A model generated the notes under the pieces. It was not told the origin of the DNA. It made no database searches and worked only from the letters and a program-made list of their open reading frames with translations. Made by a program: the position numbers and the translations under genes. From Burkholderiales bacterium (lineage in GTDB: Bacteria > Pseudomonadota > Gammaproteobacteria > Burkholderiales > SG8-39), in NCBI GenBank assembly GCA_049582445.1, contig JBAUTZ010000102.1, positions 1-57,600 of the forward strand: a stretch of DNA of 57,600 nucleotides, read 5' to 3'. Below, piece by piece: positions 12,293-23,078 of the stretch (the stretch's first letter is position 1; the number at the start of each line of letters is the position of its first letter).

Positions 12293-13201
12293 TTATTCAG
12301 CTGGTTGCGCCGCCCCTGGCCCGGCTTCGGTCAGCCGTATCGGGCGCAGCTGCCCATCTTCGCCCAGCTGACCAAGGCCGATCAGGGACCCGCCCGCACC
12401 AAACACGCCGCACAGGCCCGTCTCTCCACGCGGGTACCGCACCGGTTGCCCGTTACGGAAGCGCGATTCCAGGCTCGTCTCGAGCTCGGCCCGCGGCAGG
12501 CCCTTGAGCAACGCCTCGAGCGGCACCAGCTTCGCCTCGCGCGCGGTGTCATTCAGGCCCTCGAGCTCGGCGAGCGGCGTTGCCCCGCGGATGTCGAGCG
12601 GACCGACCGCCGTCCGGCGAAGCGCCGCGAGGTGGCCGCCGACCCCCAGCGCAGCCCCGATGTCCTCGGCGAGCGTACGCACGTAGGTGCCCTTGCTGCA
12701 ACGTACGCGCAAGTCCAGCTCATCGGCCGTACGACCCAGCAGTTCGAGCTCGTGGATCAGGACTTCCCTTGGCTGCCGCTCCACGCTCCTGCCCTCGCGC
12801 GCGAGGCTGTAGAGGGGGCGCCCCTGATGCTTCAGCGCCGAGTACATCGGCGGCACCTGGCGGATCGGGCCCCGAAAGCGGCTCAGCGCCGCCTCGATCT
12901 CCGAATCCCTCAGCCGAACGTCGCGGCGTTCGATCGTGTCGCCCTCGGCATCTCCCGTCGTGGTGGTCTCACCCAGCTTGACTCGCGCGAGGTATTCCTT
13001 CGCGGAGTCGAGCAGCGGTCCGGCGAACTTCGTCGCCTCGCCGAAAAGGATCAGCAAGAGCCCCGACGCGAGCGGATCCAGCGTGCCGGCGTGTCCGGCT
13101 TTCCGCGCACCGTAGAGCCGCTTGACCGTCTGCAGCGCGGCGTTGGACGTGATGCCTACGGGTTTGTCGAGCAGCAGTGCCGCATTCAGCTTGCGACGCA
13201 T
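12293..13201 (-). CDS. truB: tRNA pseudouridine(55) synthase
   Basis: The ATG at 13201 gives [47 protein letters not shown], which includes the catalytic Asp motif. The longer track ORF would run into rbfA. Confidence 0.93.
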   Translation of the reverse strand: MRRKLNAALLLDKPVGITSNAALQTVKRLYGARKAGHAGTLDPLASGLLLILFGEATKFAGPLLDSAKEYLARVKLGETTTTGDAEGDTIERRDVRLRDSEIEAALSRFRGPIRQVPPMYSALKHQGRPLYSLAREGRSVERQPREVLIHELELLGRTADELDLRVRCSKGTYVRTLAEDIGAALGVGGHLAALRRTAVGPLDIRGATPLAELEGLNDTAREAKLVPLEALLKGLPRAELETSLESRFRNGQPVRYPRGETGLCGVFGAGGSLIGLGQLGEDGQLRPIRLTEAGPGAAQPAE

Positions 13202-13220
13202 CGGGCGACGCGCCGGATTC

Positions 13221-13583
13221 TCAGGACTTGGACCCGCCGGAAACGCTGTCGATGAGCTGCGACAGGTGCGCGCCCCGCTCGATCGATTCGTCATAGATGA
13301 AGTGCAGTTCCGGGGCCGAGTAGAGCTTCATGCGCTTGGCCACCTGTGATCGCAAAAAGCCCGCCGCGTGCTTCAGGCCCCTCGACGCCTCCGGCACATG
13401 CGCCGCATCGAGACAGGTATAGAACACGTCCGCGTGGGCGAAGTCGGGCGAGACCTGAACCCCGGTCAGGGTGATCATCCCTACCCGAGGATCGCGCAGA
13501 TCGCGGCGCAAAACGTCGGACAGTTCGCGCTGGATCTGGTCGGCGACCCTTTGCGGTCGCCCTCCTACTCCTTGGCGCCGCAT
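13221..13583 (-). CDS. rbfA: Ribosome-binding factor A
   Basis: RPQRVADQIQRELSDVLRRDLRDPRVGMITLTGVQVSPDFAHADVF, in the infB-rbfA-truB context. Confidence 0.95.
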   Translation of the reverse strand: MRRQGVGGRPQRVADQIQRELSDVLRRDLRDPRVGMITLTGVQVSPDFAHADVFYTCLDAAHVPEASRGLKHAAGFLRSQVAKRMKLYSAPELHFIYDESIERGAHLSQLIDSVSGGSKS

Positions 13584-13592
13584 GCGCGACCG

Positions 13593-16148
13593 CTACAAAG
13601 TGCGGGCGACTTCGAGCACTTCGAATGCCTCGAATTGGTCACCCTCTTTCAGGTCATTGAAGTTCTTCAGTGAAATTCCGCACTCGAATCCCGCCTTGAC
13701 TTCGCGCACGTCGTCCTTGAAGCGCTTGAGCGAATCGATTTCCCCGGTGTGGATCACCACGTTCTCGCGCAGAACGCGCAGCTGCGCATTGCGCTTGACG
13801 ACGCCCTCGAGCACGTAGCAGCCCGCCACCGCGCCAACCTTGGAGATCCGGAACACCTGACGAACTTCGACCAGCCCGATGACCTGCTCCTTCTTCTCCG
13901 GGGCAAGCATCCCCGACAGGGCCGCCTTGATCTCTTCGACCGCCTCGTAAATGATGTTGTAGTAACGCACTTCCATACCTGCGCTCTCGATCAGCTTGCG
14001 CGCAGTCGCGTCGGCCCGCGTGTTGAACCCGATGATGATCGCGCGCGAGGCCATCGCGAGGTTGACATCGGATTCTGTGATTCCTCCGACGCCGGCGTGC
14101 ACCACGTTCACCCTGACCTCGTCGGTCGAAAGACGCGTAAGTGCATGCACCAGCGCTTCCTGCGAGCCCTGCACATCGGCCTTCAGGACGATGGACAGGG
14201 TCTTCTTTTCCCCCTCGCCCATCTGCTCGAACATGTTCTCCAGCTTCGCGGCCTGCTGCTTGGCGAGCTTGACGTCGCGGAACTTGCCTTGGCGGAACAA
14301 GGCGATCTCGCGCGCCTTGCGCTCGTCCGCGATGACGACGATCTCGGCCCCGGCCTGCGGCACGTCCGACAGGCCCTGGACTTCCACCGGGATCGAAGGG
14401 CCGGCCGACTGAACGGCCTTCCCGTTCTCGTCGAGCATGGCGCGCACGCGTCCGTAGACGGCGCCTGCGAGGACCACGTCACCGCGCCGCAGGGTTCCCG
14501 ATTGCACCAGCAGCGTCGCCACCGGACCGCGTCCCTTGTCGAGTCGGGCCTCGATGACGACCCCTTTGGCGAGGGTTTCCACCGGCGCCTTGAGCTCGAG
14601 CACCTCGGCTTGCAGCAGCACGCGCTCCAGCAAATCATCGATGCCTTGGCCGGTCTTCGCCGACACCTGGACAAATGGCGACTCTCCGCCGTACTCCTCG
14701 GGGACGACGCCGTGGCTCAGCAGCTCCTGCTTCACCCGCTCCGGATTGGCCTCCGGCTTGTCGATCTTGTTGATCGCCACCACCAGCGGGACGGCAGCCG
14801 CCTTCGAGTGATTGATGGCCTCGATCGTCTGCGGCATTACGCCGTCGTCTGCGGCCACTACGAGAATCACCAGGTCGGTGACTTTCGCGCCACGCGCACG
14901 CATCGCCGTGAACGCCTCGTGGCCCGGCGTATCGAGAAAAGTCACCACGCCGCGTGGAGTCTCCACGTGGTAGGCGCCAATATGCTGGGTAATGCCGCCC
15001 GCTTCTCCGGCGGCCACCTTGGTTCGCCGGATGTAGTCCAGCAACGAGGTCTTCCCGTGATCGACGTGGCCCATCACGGTGACGACCGGCGGGCGAGTGC
15101 GCGCCTCCGTGGCGTGCTCTTCTACCGACTCGACCAGGTAGGCCTCCGGATCGTCGAGCTTGGCCGGCCTACCCTTGTGTCCCATCTCCTCGATCACGAT
15201 CATCGCAGTGTCCTGGTCGAGCACCTGGTTGATCGTCGCCATCGTGCCGAGCTTCATGAGGGCCTTGATCACCTCTGCGGCTTTGACCGACATCTTGTGC
15301 GCCAGCTCGCCGACGGTGATCGTCTCGGGAACGGCCACTTCCCGCACGATCGGCTCCGAAGGCTGCGCAAAGCTCGCTTGCTCCGCCACTCCTGCGCCCG
15401 GGCGATGGCGTGCGCCGCCACGGACGTGCCAGCCGCCGACACCCCCACCCATGTCGCCGCGCGTCTTGATCATGCGCCTGCGCGCCGAATCGTCCCGCAG
15501 CACGGTCGTGGTCTTGACCTTCTTGGCTTTCTTCTCCGCCTTGCCCTCTTCGGGTTTGGCCTTCGGCGCATGCAACGTGCCCTCCGAGGGGGCCGGTGCG
15601 GCGCCTGGCGCTGCCGCCTTGGTTAGCGCCGCTTGGGCCTCGCGCTCCGCCTGCTTCTGATCGGCGTCGCGCTTCTCGCGTTCCTGCTTCTCCTTGAGCT
15701 CCTGCGCCTGGATCTCGGCCAGTTGCTGCTGACGGCGCGCTTCCGCCTCGCGCAGCTCGATCTCCCTGGCGTCGATCGTCGGGGCCAGGGGCGCCGCAGG
15801 CGCCCCTGGCGGCGCTTCCGCGGGGACCGCTTCCACCGCCCCTTCGTTCTGATCGCGCTTAACGAACACGCGCTTCTTGCGCACCTCCACCTGAATGGTG
15901 CGCGCCTTGCCCATCGAGTCGGATTTCTTGATCTCGCTGGTCTGCTTGCGGGTCAGCGTAATCTTGTTCTTCGCTTCCGCCGAGCCATGCGCCTTGCGAA
16001 GGTATTCCAGGAGCCTCGACTTGTCCTGCTCGGTGAGCGAGTCCTCGGCGACGCGCTTCTCCACTCCCGCAGCGCGGAGCTGCTCGAGCAGTACCGAGGG
16101 CGGGACCTTCAGCTCGCTGGCGAATTGTGCGACGCTGGTCTGTGCCAC
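13593..16148 (-). CDS. infB: Translation initiation factor IF-2
   Basis: 851 aa. GTPase motifs [20 protein letters not shown] and NKID, with a charged K/E/A-rich N-terminal region. GTG start 1 nt after the nusA stop. Confidence 0.98.
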   Translation of the reverse strand: MAQTSVAQFASELKVPPSVLLEQLRAAGVEKRVAEDSLTEQDKSRLLEYLRKAHGSAEAKNKITLTRKQTSEIKKSDSMGKARTIQVEVRKKRVFVKRDQNEGAVEAVPAEAPPGAPAAPLAPTIDAREIELREAEARRQQQLAEIQAQELKEKQEREKRDADQKQAEREAQAALTKAAAPGAAPAPSEGTLHAPKAKPEEGKAEKKAKKVKTTTVLRDDSARRRMIKTRGDMGGGVGGWHVRGGARHRPGAGVAEQASFAQPSEPIVREVAVPETITVGELAHKMSVKAAEVIKALMKLGTMATINQVLDQDTAMIVIEEMGHKGRPAKLDDPEAYLVESVEEHATEARTRPPVVTVMGHVDHGKTSLLDYIRRTKVAAGEAGGITQHIGAYHVETPRGVVTFLDTPGHEAFTAMRARGAKVTDLVILVVAADDGVMPQTIEAINHSKAAAVPLVVAINKIDKPEANPERVKQELLSHGVVPEEYGGESPFVQVSAKTGQGIDDLLERVLLQAEVLELKAPVETLAKGVVIEARLDKGRGPVATLLVQSGTLRRGDVVLAGAVYGRVRAMLDENGKAVQSAGPSIPVEVQGLSDVPQAGAEIVVIADERKAREIALFRQGKFRDVKLAKQQAAKLENMFEQMGEGEKKTLSIVLKADVQGSQEALVHALTRLSTDEVRVNVVHAGVGGITESDVNLAMASRAIIIGFNTRADATARKLIESAGMEVRYYNIIYEAVEEIKAALSGMLAPEKKEQVIGLVEVRQVFRISKVGAVAGCYVLEGVVKRNAQLRVLRENVVIHTGEIDSLKRFKDDVREVKAGFECGISLKNFNDLKEGDQFEAFEVLEVARTL

Positions 16149-16149
16149 G

Positions 16150-17667
16150 TTACTGCACCTCCTTGTGCTCGATCTGCCCGCCGGCGGCGGTTTCCTCCGC
16201 GAACCAATGCGCGCGTGCCGCCATGATCAACCTGTTGGCCTGTTCCGCGTCAAGCCCGCTCAGTTCGCGGAGCTCGTCGCCGGAAAGGTCCGCCAGGTCG
16301 TCGCGCGTGCGCACCCCGCCCTCGGCCAGCTTAGCCGCGAGCTGCGTGTCCATTCCCTCGAGTTTCAGCAGGTCCGGATCCACGCCCTCGACTTTCTCCT
16401 CGTTCGCGATCGCCGCCACCAGAAGCGCGTTGCGCGCACGGTTGCGAAGCTCGTTCACGGTATCTTCGTCGAAGGCCTCGATTTCCAGCAGCTCGTTGAT
16501 CGGCACGTAGGCGACTTCCTCGAGGGTGGAGAACCCCTCCTGGATGAGGATATCGGCAACCTCTTCGTCGACATCCAGCCGCTGCATGAACAATTCGCGA
16601 GTTCGGCCGCTCTCTTCCTGCTGCTTCTTGACGGACTCCTCCTCGGTCATCAGGTTGATCTGCCAGCCCGTAAGCTCGGAGGCGAGCCGGACGTTCTGGC
16701 CGCTGCGCCCGATGGCGATCGCGAGGTTTTCCTCGTCGACCACGACGTCCATTGCGTGCTTTTCCTCGTCGACCACGATGGAAGTAACTTCGGCCGGCGC
16801 AAGCGCCCCGATCACGAACTGTGCGGGGTCCGCAGACCACAGCACGATGTCGACGCGCTCGCCCGCAAGCTCCTGCGTCACGGCCTGAACGCGGGACCCG
16901 CGCATGCCGACGCAAGTGCCGATCGGATCGATGCGCTTGTCGTTGGAATGCACCGCGATCTTGGCGCGGATTCCAGGATCACGCGCGGCCGACTTGATCT
17001 CGAGCAAGCCTTCCTCGATTTCCGGAACCTCCAGCTCGAACAGCTTCATGATGAACTGCGGCGCGGTGCGCGACAGGATCAGTTGCGGGCCGCGCGCGCT
17101 GCGGTCAATCTTCATGACCCAGGCGCGCACGCGGTCACCGACGCGAAGGTTTTCCTTCGGAATCATCTGCTCCCGCGGCAGCAGCGCCTCGAGGCGCCCG
17201 GACTCGACGATCGCGTTGCCACGCTCCATGCGCTTGACCGTACCGGTCACCAGCTCGTCGCCGCGCGACAGGAAATCGTTCAGGATCTGCTCGCGCTCGG
17301 CGTCGCGGATGCGCTGCAGGATCACTTGCTTGGCTGTCTGCGCACCGATGCGGCCGAATTCGATCGCCTCGAGCGGCTCCTCGACGAAGTCCTCCAGCTG
17401 AATGTCGGACTTGCGCTTCTGCGCTTCGGAAAGCGCGATCTGCGCCGGGGGCAGCTCGACCGCGTCGTCGGCTACGACCTTCCAGCGGCGAAACGACTCG
17501 TAGCTCCCGGTGTTGCGGTCGATCGCGACGCGCACGTCCACGTCGTCGCTGAAGCGCTTCTTGGTCGCCGACGCGAGCGCCATTTCCAGGGCGCCGAACA
17601 CCACGTCGCGATTGACGTTCTTTTCGCGCGCCAAGGCGTCCACCAGAAGCAGAAGTTCACGACTCAT
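16150..17667 (-). CDS. nusA: Transcription termination/antitermination factor NusA
   Basis: [28 protein letters not shown], followed by S1 and two KH domains and a C-terminal acidic repeat region. Confidence 0.98.
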   Translation of the reverse strand: MSRELLLLVDALAREKNVNRDVVFGALEMALASATKKRFSDDVDVRVAIDRNTGSYESFRRWKVVADDAVELPPAQIALSEAQKRKSDIQLEDFVEEPLEAIEFGRIGAQTAKQVILQRIRDAEREQILNDFLSRGDELVTGTVKRMERGNAIVESGRLEALLPREQMIPKENLRVGDRVRAWVMKIDRSARGPQLILSRTAPQFIMKLFELEVPEIEEGLLEIKSAARDPGIRAKIAVHSNDKRIDPIGTCVGMRGSRVQAVTQELAGERVDIVLWSADPAQFVIGALAPAEVTSIVVDEEKHAMDVVVDEENLAIAIGRSGQNVRLASELTGWQINLMTEEESVKKQQEESGRTRELFMQRLDVDEEVADILIQEGFSTLEEVAYVPINELLEIEAFDEDTVNELRNRARNALLVAAIANEEKVEGVDPDLLKLEGMDTQLAAKLAEGGVRTRDDLADLSGDELRELSGLDAEQANRLIMAARAHWFAEETAAGGQIEHKEVQ

Positions 17668-17682
17668 CTCGATACTCTCCGT

Positions 17683-18117
17683 TCAAAGGTCTGGAACGAG
17701 CCTCGCCCGCTCCATGCCCGCCAAATCCAACGCGACCCGCGCGCCATCCACGACCAGCGTCGCGGCCCCACCCTCGAGCCCTTCGAGCCGGCCGACGAAC
17801 CTGCGCCGGCCACTCGCGTCCGGGGCCCTCATGCGCACGTCGATCCGCTGGCCGGCGAAACGCTCGAAATCCGACGGCTTGCGCAGCGGCCGGTCCAGGC
17901 CCGGCGACGACACCTCGAGCCGATCGAAATCGATGCCCTCAACCGCAAACACCCGCGTCAGATGGCGGCTGACTTCGGCGCAGTCGTCGACCGTGATGCC
18001 ACCTGCCTTGTCGATGAACACGCGCACGACGCGGCCCCGGTTCGACACCTGCGTGTCCACCAGCTCGAACCCCAAGCCTGTGACGGCGGGTTCAACAATG
18101 CCGGCGATGGCGCCCAT
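17683..18117 (-). CDS. rimP: Ribosome maturation factor RimP
   Basis: 144 aa immediately upstream of nusA. GLGFELVDTQVSNRGRVVRVFIDKAGGITVDDCAEVSRHL is typical of RimP. Confidence 0.93.
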   Translation of the reverse strand: MGAIAGIVEPAVTGLGFELVDTQVSNRGRVVRVFIDKAGGITVDDCAEVSRHLTRVFAVEGIDFDRLEVSSPGLDRPLRKPSDFERFAGQRIDVRMRAPDASGRRRFVGRLEGLEGGAATLVVDGARVALDLAGMERARLVPDL

Positions 18118-18136
18118 GACGCAGATTCCGGTCGCT

Positions 18137-18163
18137 CAAACAAAAAATGGGCCGAAGCCCATC
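18137..18163 (-). terminator. Rho-independent terminator or attenuator ~20 nt upstream of the rimP start
   Basis: Sense strand AUGGGC-UUCG-GCCCAU followed by UUUUUGUUU: a UUCG tetraloop on a GC-rich stem. Confidence 0.8.
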
Positions 18164-18256
18164 TTTACCTGCCGGGAGTCCGCCCCCGGCCCTTAAAGCT
18201 TTTGAAGGATAACAGCTTTTCGGTCTCGAAACAATGTTCCGCGGGCCCGCCGCGGG

Positions 18257-18997
18257 CTATTGGCGCAGGCCCACGTGGCGCAAGAGCTGCTCCACCTCGC
18301 CCGCCTCCAGCGCGCGCCACCGGCCGGGCTGAAGATCTCTCGGCAAGGTGACAGGACCGAAGCGGATCCGCACCAGCCGATTGACCCTCATGCCGACCGC
18401 CTCGAACAGGCGCCGCACCTCCCGGTTTCGCCCTTCGCGCAGGCTGACGCGGTACCAGCGATTGGCGCCCGCGCCCCCCTCCCCTTCGGCGGAGGTTTCG
18501 AGCCGCTCAAACGCGGCGCGCCCGTCCGCCAGCTCGACACCGGTCAGCAACGCGCGCCGCTCGGCGGGCCCCAGCCGTCCGAGCGCTCGCACGGCGTATT
18601 CGCGCTCCGCGCCGTAGCGTGGATGCATCAGGCGATTCGCGAGTTCACCGGAATCGGTCATCAACAGCAGCCCGGAAGTGTTGACGTCCAGCCGCCCGAT
18701 CGCGGTCCACTTCGCCCCCAGCAACGCGGGTAGTTGGGCGAACACCGTCTGGCGACCGCCGGGATCGCTGCGCGTCACGATTTCGCCAACGGGCTTGTGG
18801 TACAGGAGCACCCGCGGCGGGCGCGACGGCTCCGGCAGCCGCGTGAGCGGCTTGCCGTCGAGGCACACGGTTTCGGAGGGCCGCGCCCGGTCGCCGAGCT
18901 TCGCGATGCGCCCAGCAACCGAGACGCGTCCCGCGGCGATCCAACCCTCGATTTCCCGACGCGAGCCCAGGCCAGCCGCCGCCAGCAGCTTCTGCAA
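18257..18997 (-). CDS. rluB: 23S rRNA pseudouridine synthase, RluB-like (S4 domain plus RsuA/RluB catalytic domain); start codon uncertain
   Basis: S4 region LQKLLAAAGLGSRREIEGWIAAGRVSVAGR and catalytic GRLDVNTSGLLLMTDSGEL. The first start candidate after the scpB stop is TTG at 18997. The 329-aa track ORF would overlap scpB by 230 nt. Confidence 0.8.
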   Translation of the reverse strand: MQKLLAAAGLGSRREIEGWIAAGRVSVAGRIAKLGDRARPSETVCLDGKPLTRLPEPSRPPRVLLYHKPVGEIVTRSDPGGRQTVFAQLPALLGAKWTAIGRLDVNTSGLLLMTDSGELANRLMHPRYGAEREYAVRALGRLGPAERRALLTGVELADGRAAFERLETSAEGEGGAGANRWYRVSLREGRNREVRRLFEAVGMRVNRLVRIRFGPVTLPRDLQPGRWRALEAGEVEQLLRHVGLRQ

Positions 18998-19016
18998 GCG
19001 CTCGCCGCGCAGGTCT

Positions 19017-19631
19017 TCAGCCGTCGGTGACGGATTCGGCGCGCTGCTGGGCGGGTGGCGCTTGCGTGCCACCCGCGACGGTCGCGGGCGTGACGGGTTC
19101 AAGCTCCAGCGTCCTCGCAATTTCCTCGAGCGGGGGGAGCTCCTGCAGCGTGAGCAGCCCGAGGTCGTCCAGGAAGCGTCTCGTCGTAGCGTAGAGCGCC
19201 GGCCGACCCGGCGTTTCGCGGTGACCAACGGCGTCGATCCAGCCACGATTCTCCAGCGTCTGGATGATCTGCGCAGAGACCGCCACGCCCCGGATGTCCT
19301 CGATGTCGCCCCGCGTCACCGGCTGGCGGTACGCGATGATGGCGAGCGTCTCCATGACCGCCCGGGAATAGCGCGGGGCCCGCTCCGGATTGAGACGATC
19401 GACATAGACCTGGAACTCGGGGCGCGTCTGAAATCGCCACCCGCTCGCAAGATTGACGAGTTCCACGGCCCGCGTGGCCCACTCCTCGCGCAGCTCACCC
19501 AGCAACCGCCGTAGCGTGTCCGGGCCGATCTCCTCATCGAACAGGCGCTTCAGATCGGCCAGCGACAGAGGTTCCTGGGACACGAGCAGCGCCGCTTCGA
19601 GCACTCGCTTGACTTCAGTGGGACTCAGCAT
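19017..19631 (-). CDS. scpB: Segregation and condensation protein B
   Basis: [31 protein letters not shown] and [17 protein letters not shown] (winged-helix ScpB motifs). Follows scpA with a 17-nt overlap. Confidence 0.93.
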   Translation of the reverse strand: MLSPTEVKRVLEAALLVSQEPLSLADLKRLFDEEIGPDTLRRLLGELREEWATRAVELVNLASGWRFQTRPEFQVYVDRLNPERAPRYSRAVMETLAIIAYRQPVTRGDIEDIRGVAVSAQIIQTLENRGWIDAVGHRETPGRPALYATTRRFLDDLGLLTLQELPPLEEIARTLELEPVTPATVAGGTQAPPAQQRAESVTDG

Positions 19632-20421
19632 TGGCCAATTTTACGTAAATTGGGGCGAATCCATCGCCCTGGGTGATCTGCACCAGGAGCTCGCGCGCGA
19701 GCTCGAGCAGGGCGAGGAAATTGACCACGAGCACGGCAACGCCTCGCGAGGGGTCGAACAACTCCGTGAACTCGAGCACCCGGTGCTCGCGCAGACGCCG
19801 CATGATGGAGCTCATGTGCTCCCGAACCGACAGCTCCTCGCGCGATACGTGATGATGGGCAACGAGGCGCGCGCGATGCAGCAGGCTGCGCCAGGCCTCG
19901 GCCAGATCCTGCGAATTGACCTCGGGCAGCCGCTCGACCACGGTTTTCTCGATCCACACCGAGATCGCGACCACGTCTCGTCCAGCCTGCGGCAGCTGGT
20001 CGAGCTTCAGCGCCGCCTTCTTCATTTGCTCGTACTCGAGTAGCCGGCGTACCAACTCGGCCCGCGGGTCTTCCTCCTCGTCGCCAACCGCGGGCGGGCG
20101 GGGCAGCAACATGCGCGACTTGATCGCCATCAGCATGGCCGCCATCACGAGGTATTCAGCGGCGAGCTCGAGGTTCTTGGTCCGCATCACTTCGACGTAC
20201 TCGAGGTACTGACGCGTCAACGGTGCCATCGGGATGTCGAGCACGTCCAGATTCTGCTTGCGGATCAGGTAGAGCAACAGATCGAGCGGTCCCTGAAACG
20301 CTTCCAGGAAGATCTCCAGCGCGTCGGGCGGGATGTAGAGATCCTGGGGCAGCTCGATCAGCGGCTCGCCATAGATACGGGCGACCGGCGTGGGGATCGT
20401 CTGCTGTACCGGTTCGCTCAT
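19615..20421 (-). CDS. scpA: Segregation and condensation protein A (kleisin)
   Basis: [34 protein letters not shown]. The start ATG shares one base with the trpS stop (TGATG). Confidence 0.93.
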   Translation of the reverse strand: MSEPVQQTIPTPVARIYGEPLIELPQDLYIPPDALEIFLEAFQGPLDLLLYLIRKQNLDVLDIPMAPLTRQYLEYVEVMRTKNLELAAEYLVMAAMLMAIKSRMLLPRPPAVGDEEEDPRAELVRRLLEYEQMKKAALKLDQLPQAGRDVVAISVWIEKTVVERLPEVNSQDLAEAWRSLLHRARLVAHHHVSREELSVREHMSSIMRRLREHRVLEFTELFDPSRGVAVLVVNFLALLELARELLVQITQGDGFAPIYVKLANAESH

Positions 20422-21623
20422 CAGCCGTAGGACAAGCCCATTGCCTCGCGCACGTCGCGCATGGTCTCACCGGCCATCTTGCGTGCCCGGTCGCAGCCGT
20501 CGGCGATGATGTTCTTCACGAGCGTGGGATCGTCGCGATAGATCTGCGCGCGCTCGCGCATCGGCGCAAGCTCCGCGAGCACGGATTCGATGACCGGCTG
20601 CTTGCAATCGAGGCATCCGATCGCCGCGGTGGTGCATCCGTTCTGTACCCATTGCTTGCGCGCTTCGTCGGAATACACGCGATGCAGCTGCCACACCGGA
20701 CAGCGCTCCGGGTTGCCCGGATCGCTTCGTTTCACGCGCGCCGGATCGGTGGGCATGGTGCGGATCTTCCTCGTCACGACGGACGGCTCGTCGCGCAATT
20801 CGATCGCGTTGCCGTACGACTTCGACATCTTCTGGCCGTCCAGGCCGGGCAGCCGGGACGCCTCGGTAAGCAGGACCTCCGGCTCGACCAGGATCTTCTT
20901 GCCGCTGCCCTCCAGCCAGCCGTAGAGGCGCTCCCGGTCGCCGCGCGGCAGGTTCTGCTGCTCCTCCAGAAGCGCCTGCGCCCGCTGCAGCGCCTCGGAA
21001 TCGCCCTGCTCGAGGAATTTGTTGCGCAGCTCGCCGAACAGGCGCGCCTTCTTCGAGCCCATCTTCTTGACCGCCGCCTTGGCCTTGTCTTCGAAACCGG
21101 TCTCGCGGCCGTAGAGATGATTGAAACGTCGCGCCACTTCGCGCGTGAATTCCACGTGTGGCACCTGGTCTTCGCCCACGGGAACGTACCGCGCACGGTA
21201 GATGAGGATGTCGGCAGATTGCAGCAATGGGTAGCCGAGAAAGCCGTACGTGGAAAGGTCGCGGTCCGAGAGCTTTTCCTGCTGGTCCTTGTAGGTCGGA
21301 ACGCGCTCGAGCCAGCCGAGCGGCGTCATCATGGACAGCAGCAGGTGGAGCTCCGCATGCTCCGGGACGAGCGACTGCACGAACAAGGTGGCCTGGTTCG
21401 GGTCGACCCCCGAGGCGAGCCAATCGACGACCATCTCCCAGGCGTTGCGCTGTACCTGGCCGGGCGCCTCGTAGTCAGTCGTAAGAGCGTGCCAGTCAGC
21501 GATGAAAAACAGGCACGGATACTCGTTCTGCAGCCGCACCCAGTTCTTCAGCACCCCGTGGTAGTGCCCCAGGTGCAGGGCCCCCGTGGGTCTCATGCCC
21601 GAGAGCACGCGCGTTTCGTACAT
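20421..21623 (-). CDS. trpS: Tryptophan--tRNA ligase
   Basis: The ATG at 21623 gives MYETRVLSGMRPTGALHLGHYHGVLKNW (HIGH-type motif), with KMSKS later. The 535-aa track ORF is an Arg-rich artefactual extension. Confidence 0.95.
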   Translation of the reverse strand: MYETRVLSGMRPTGALHLGHYHGVLKNWVRLQNEYPCLFFIADWHALTTDYEAPGQVQRNAWEMVVDWLASGVDPNQATLFVQSLVPEHAELHLLLSMMTPLGWLERVPTYKDQQEKLSDRDLSTYGFLGYPLLQSADILIYRARYVPVGEDQVPHVEFTREVARRFNHLYGRETGFEDKAKAAVKKMGSKKARLFGELRNKFLEQGDSEALQRAQALLEEQQNLPRGDRERLYGWLEGSGKKILVEPEVLLTEASRLPGLDGQKMSKSYGNAIELRDEPSVVTRKIRTMPTDPARVKRSDPGNPERCPVWQLHRVYSDEARKQWVQNGCTTAAIGCLDCKQPVIESVLAELAPMRERAQIYRDDPTLVKNIIADGCDRARKMAGETMRDVREAMGLSYG

Positions 21624-21637
21624 GCCGTGCGCGCCCC

Positions 21638-22366
21638 TTAAAGCAGCACGAAGGCGCGAATCAGCGCCTCGGTTTCGTTGAACAGCGGGTTCAGCACCAC
21701 GCCGAGCACGTTGGTCACGAGCAGCAACATCAGGATCGGCAGTCCCCAAGGCTCGATTCGCGCGAAGCGCCCTGCGGCCCCCTGGGGAAGGAGGCTGGTC
21801 AGAATGCGCCCGCCGTCGAGCGGAGGGATCGGCAGGAGATTGAGGAGCATCAGCACCAGGTTGACGAGTATGCCCGCGGCCCCGACGCCGATCAGAAATT
21901 CGACCACGCCGTGTCCCTCCCTGAGCACCGCCGAGACGAGCCCCCCTGCTCCGTAATGCTTCATGACAGCGAGCCAGGCATCGGCACGGCCGCTCAGCGA
22001 CACGGCGGCGCGCAGCACCAGCGCCCACATGATCGCCATCGCCAGATTCGCCGCCGGCCCGGCGGCGGCGACCCAGGCCATGTGCTGCTTGGGCCGGCGC
22101 AGGGCCGAGTAATTGACCGGGACAGGTTTAGCCCAGCCAAACAGGAACTTGCCCCCGGAGAGAAACAGGATCAGCAGCGGCGCCACGATCGTTCCCAGCG
22201 CATCGATGTGGCGCACCGGATTGAGGCTGATGCGCCCCTGCGCAAAGGCGGTCATGTCGCCGAACTGGCGCGCCACGTATCCATGCGCCGCCTCGTGCAG
22301 CGTGATCGCCAGCAGGACCGGGAGCGCGTAGACGGCGACCGTCTGTAAGAGTTGGGGAACTTCCAT
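21638..22366 (-). CDS. Site-2 protease family (peptidase M50) membrane metalloprotease
   Basis: HEAAHG zinc motif in the first TM region, a polytopic profile, and LLPIPPLDGGRIL (NPDG-like). Confidence 0.85.
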   Translation of the reverse strand: MEVPQLLQTVAVYALPVLLAITLHEAAHGYVARQFGDMTAFAQGRISLNPVRHIDALGTIVAPLLILFLSGGKFLFGWAKPVPVNYSALRRPKQHMAWVAAAGPAANLAMAIMWALVLRAAVSLSGRADAWLAVMKHYGAGGLVSAVLREGHGVVEFLIGVGAAGILVNLVLMLLNLLPIPPLDGGRILTSLLPQGAAGRFARIEPWGLPILMLLLVTNVLGVVLNPLFNETEALIRAFVLL

Positions 22367-22444
22367 CGACGCCGCGTGCGAAAGGCGGCAATTCTAGCAG
22401 ACCGGGCTATCAGGCCGGACCGGCGCGGGCGCGCTCTGCGCGCC

Positions 22445-23074
22445 TCAGGCAGGAACCCCGATGCTTTCGAGCGAGCCGCGCCCCTTGCGTATCACCAGCG
22501 GCTCACCGGTGGTCAAATCGATCACCGTAGTTGGCTCGACTCCGCAAGGTCCGGAGTCGATCACCAGGTCCAGCGCATGCTCCAGTCGGTCGCGAATTTC
22601 GCTCACGTCCGAGGGCGGGGTGGCCTCGCCGGGTAGCGAGAGGGTGGCCGAGAGCATCGGCTCGTCGAGCTCGGCGAGCAGAGCATGCGCCACGGCGTGT
22701 TTCGGAACCCGGACGCCGATCGTCTTGCGCTTGGGATGCATCAGGCGCCGCGGCACTTCCCGCGTGGCGCGCAGGATGAACGTATAGCTCCCCGGAGTCG
22801 CCGCCCGCAACAGACGGTACTGTGCGTTATCGACCATGGCGTAGGTCGCAATCTCCGAAAGGTCCCGGCACATGAGCGTGAGGTGGTGCTTCTCGTCGAT
22901 CCCGCGCACCCGCCGCAGGCGCTCAAGCGCCTTGGCATCGCCCAGATGACAGCCAAGCGCATAGCAGGAATCCGTGGGATAGGCGATGAGACCGCCGTGA
23001 CGAACGATCTCGGCCGCCTTGCGCACGAGTCGCACCTGTGGGTGCGTGGCATGGACCGCGAAATATTGCGCCAC
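22445..23074 (-). CDS. yciO: YrdC/Sua5-family protein, YciO-like (threonylcarbamoyl-AMP synthase fold)
   Basis: The GTG at 23074, 4 nt after the upstream stop, gives AQYFAVHATHPQVRLVRKAAEIVRHGGLIAYPTDSCYALGCHLGD...HHLTLMCRDLSEI. This is near-collinear with E. coli YciO as I recall it, and it keeps the E. coli yciV-yciO adjacency. Confidence 0.85.
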   Translation of the reverse strand: MAQYFAVHATHPQVRLVRKAAEIVRHGGLIAYPTDSCYALGCHLGDAKALERLRRVRGIDEKHHLTLMCRDLSEIATYAMVDNAQYRLLRAATPGSYTFILRATREVPRRLMHPKRKTIGVRVPKHAVAHALLAELDEPMLSATLSLPGEATPPSDVSEIRDRLEHALDLVIDSGPCGVEPTTVIDLTTGEPLVIRKGRGSLESIGVPA

Positions 23075-23078
23075 GCGC

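Noticed and set aside
13749-15626. 625-aa plus-strand ORF, together with overlapping ORFs at 13996-14412, 14536-14811 and 15160-15660.
   Set aside because: It is entirely antisense to infB, whose GTPase motifs are unambiguous. Its composition is Arg/His/Leu/Asp-rich with no recognisable motif. This is the usual shadow ORF produced by stop-codon scarcity in high-GC DNA.
15895-18351. 818-aa plus-strand ORF, the second longest in the track.
   Set aside because: It is antisense to infB (5' end), nusA, rimP and the rluB 3' end. It crosses three real gene boundaries and an intergenic terminator, and its sequence is low-complexity Arg/Leu/Asp/His. Not coding.
21624-22028. Long N-terminal extension in the track ORF for trpS. 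Similar extensions occur for dapC (1655), yciV (24350), the hydrolase (25087), yciO (23395), gamma-CA (25426), the SBP (30897), LivG (33000), the REC-STK (48040), the cyclase (49199), pncB (42331) and the MFS gene (41411).
   Set aside because: The extensions are Arg/Pro/Ala-rich and overlap the neighbouring gene. They precede an internal start that gives the canonical N-terminus, often with an ATGA/TGATG-type junction or a Shine-Dalgarno. I trimmed the coordinates accordingly.
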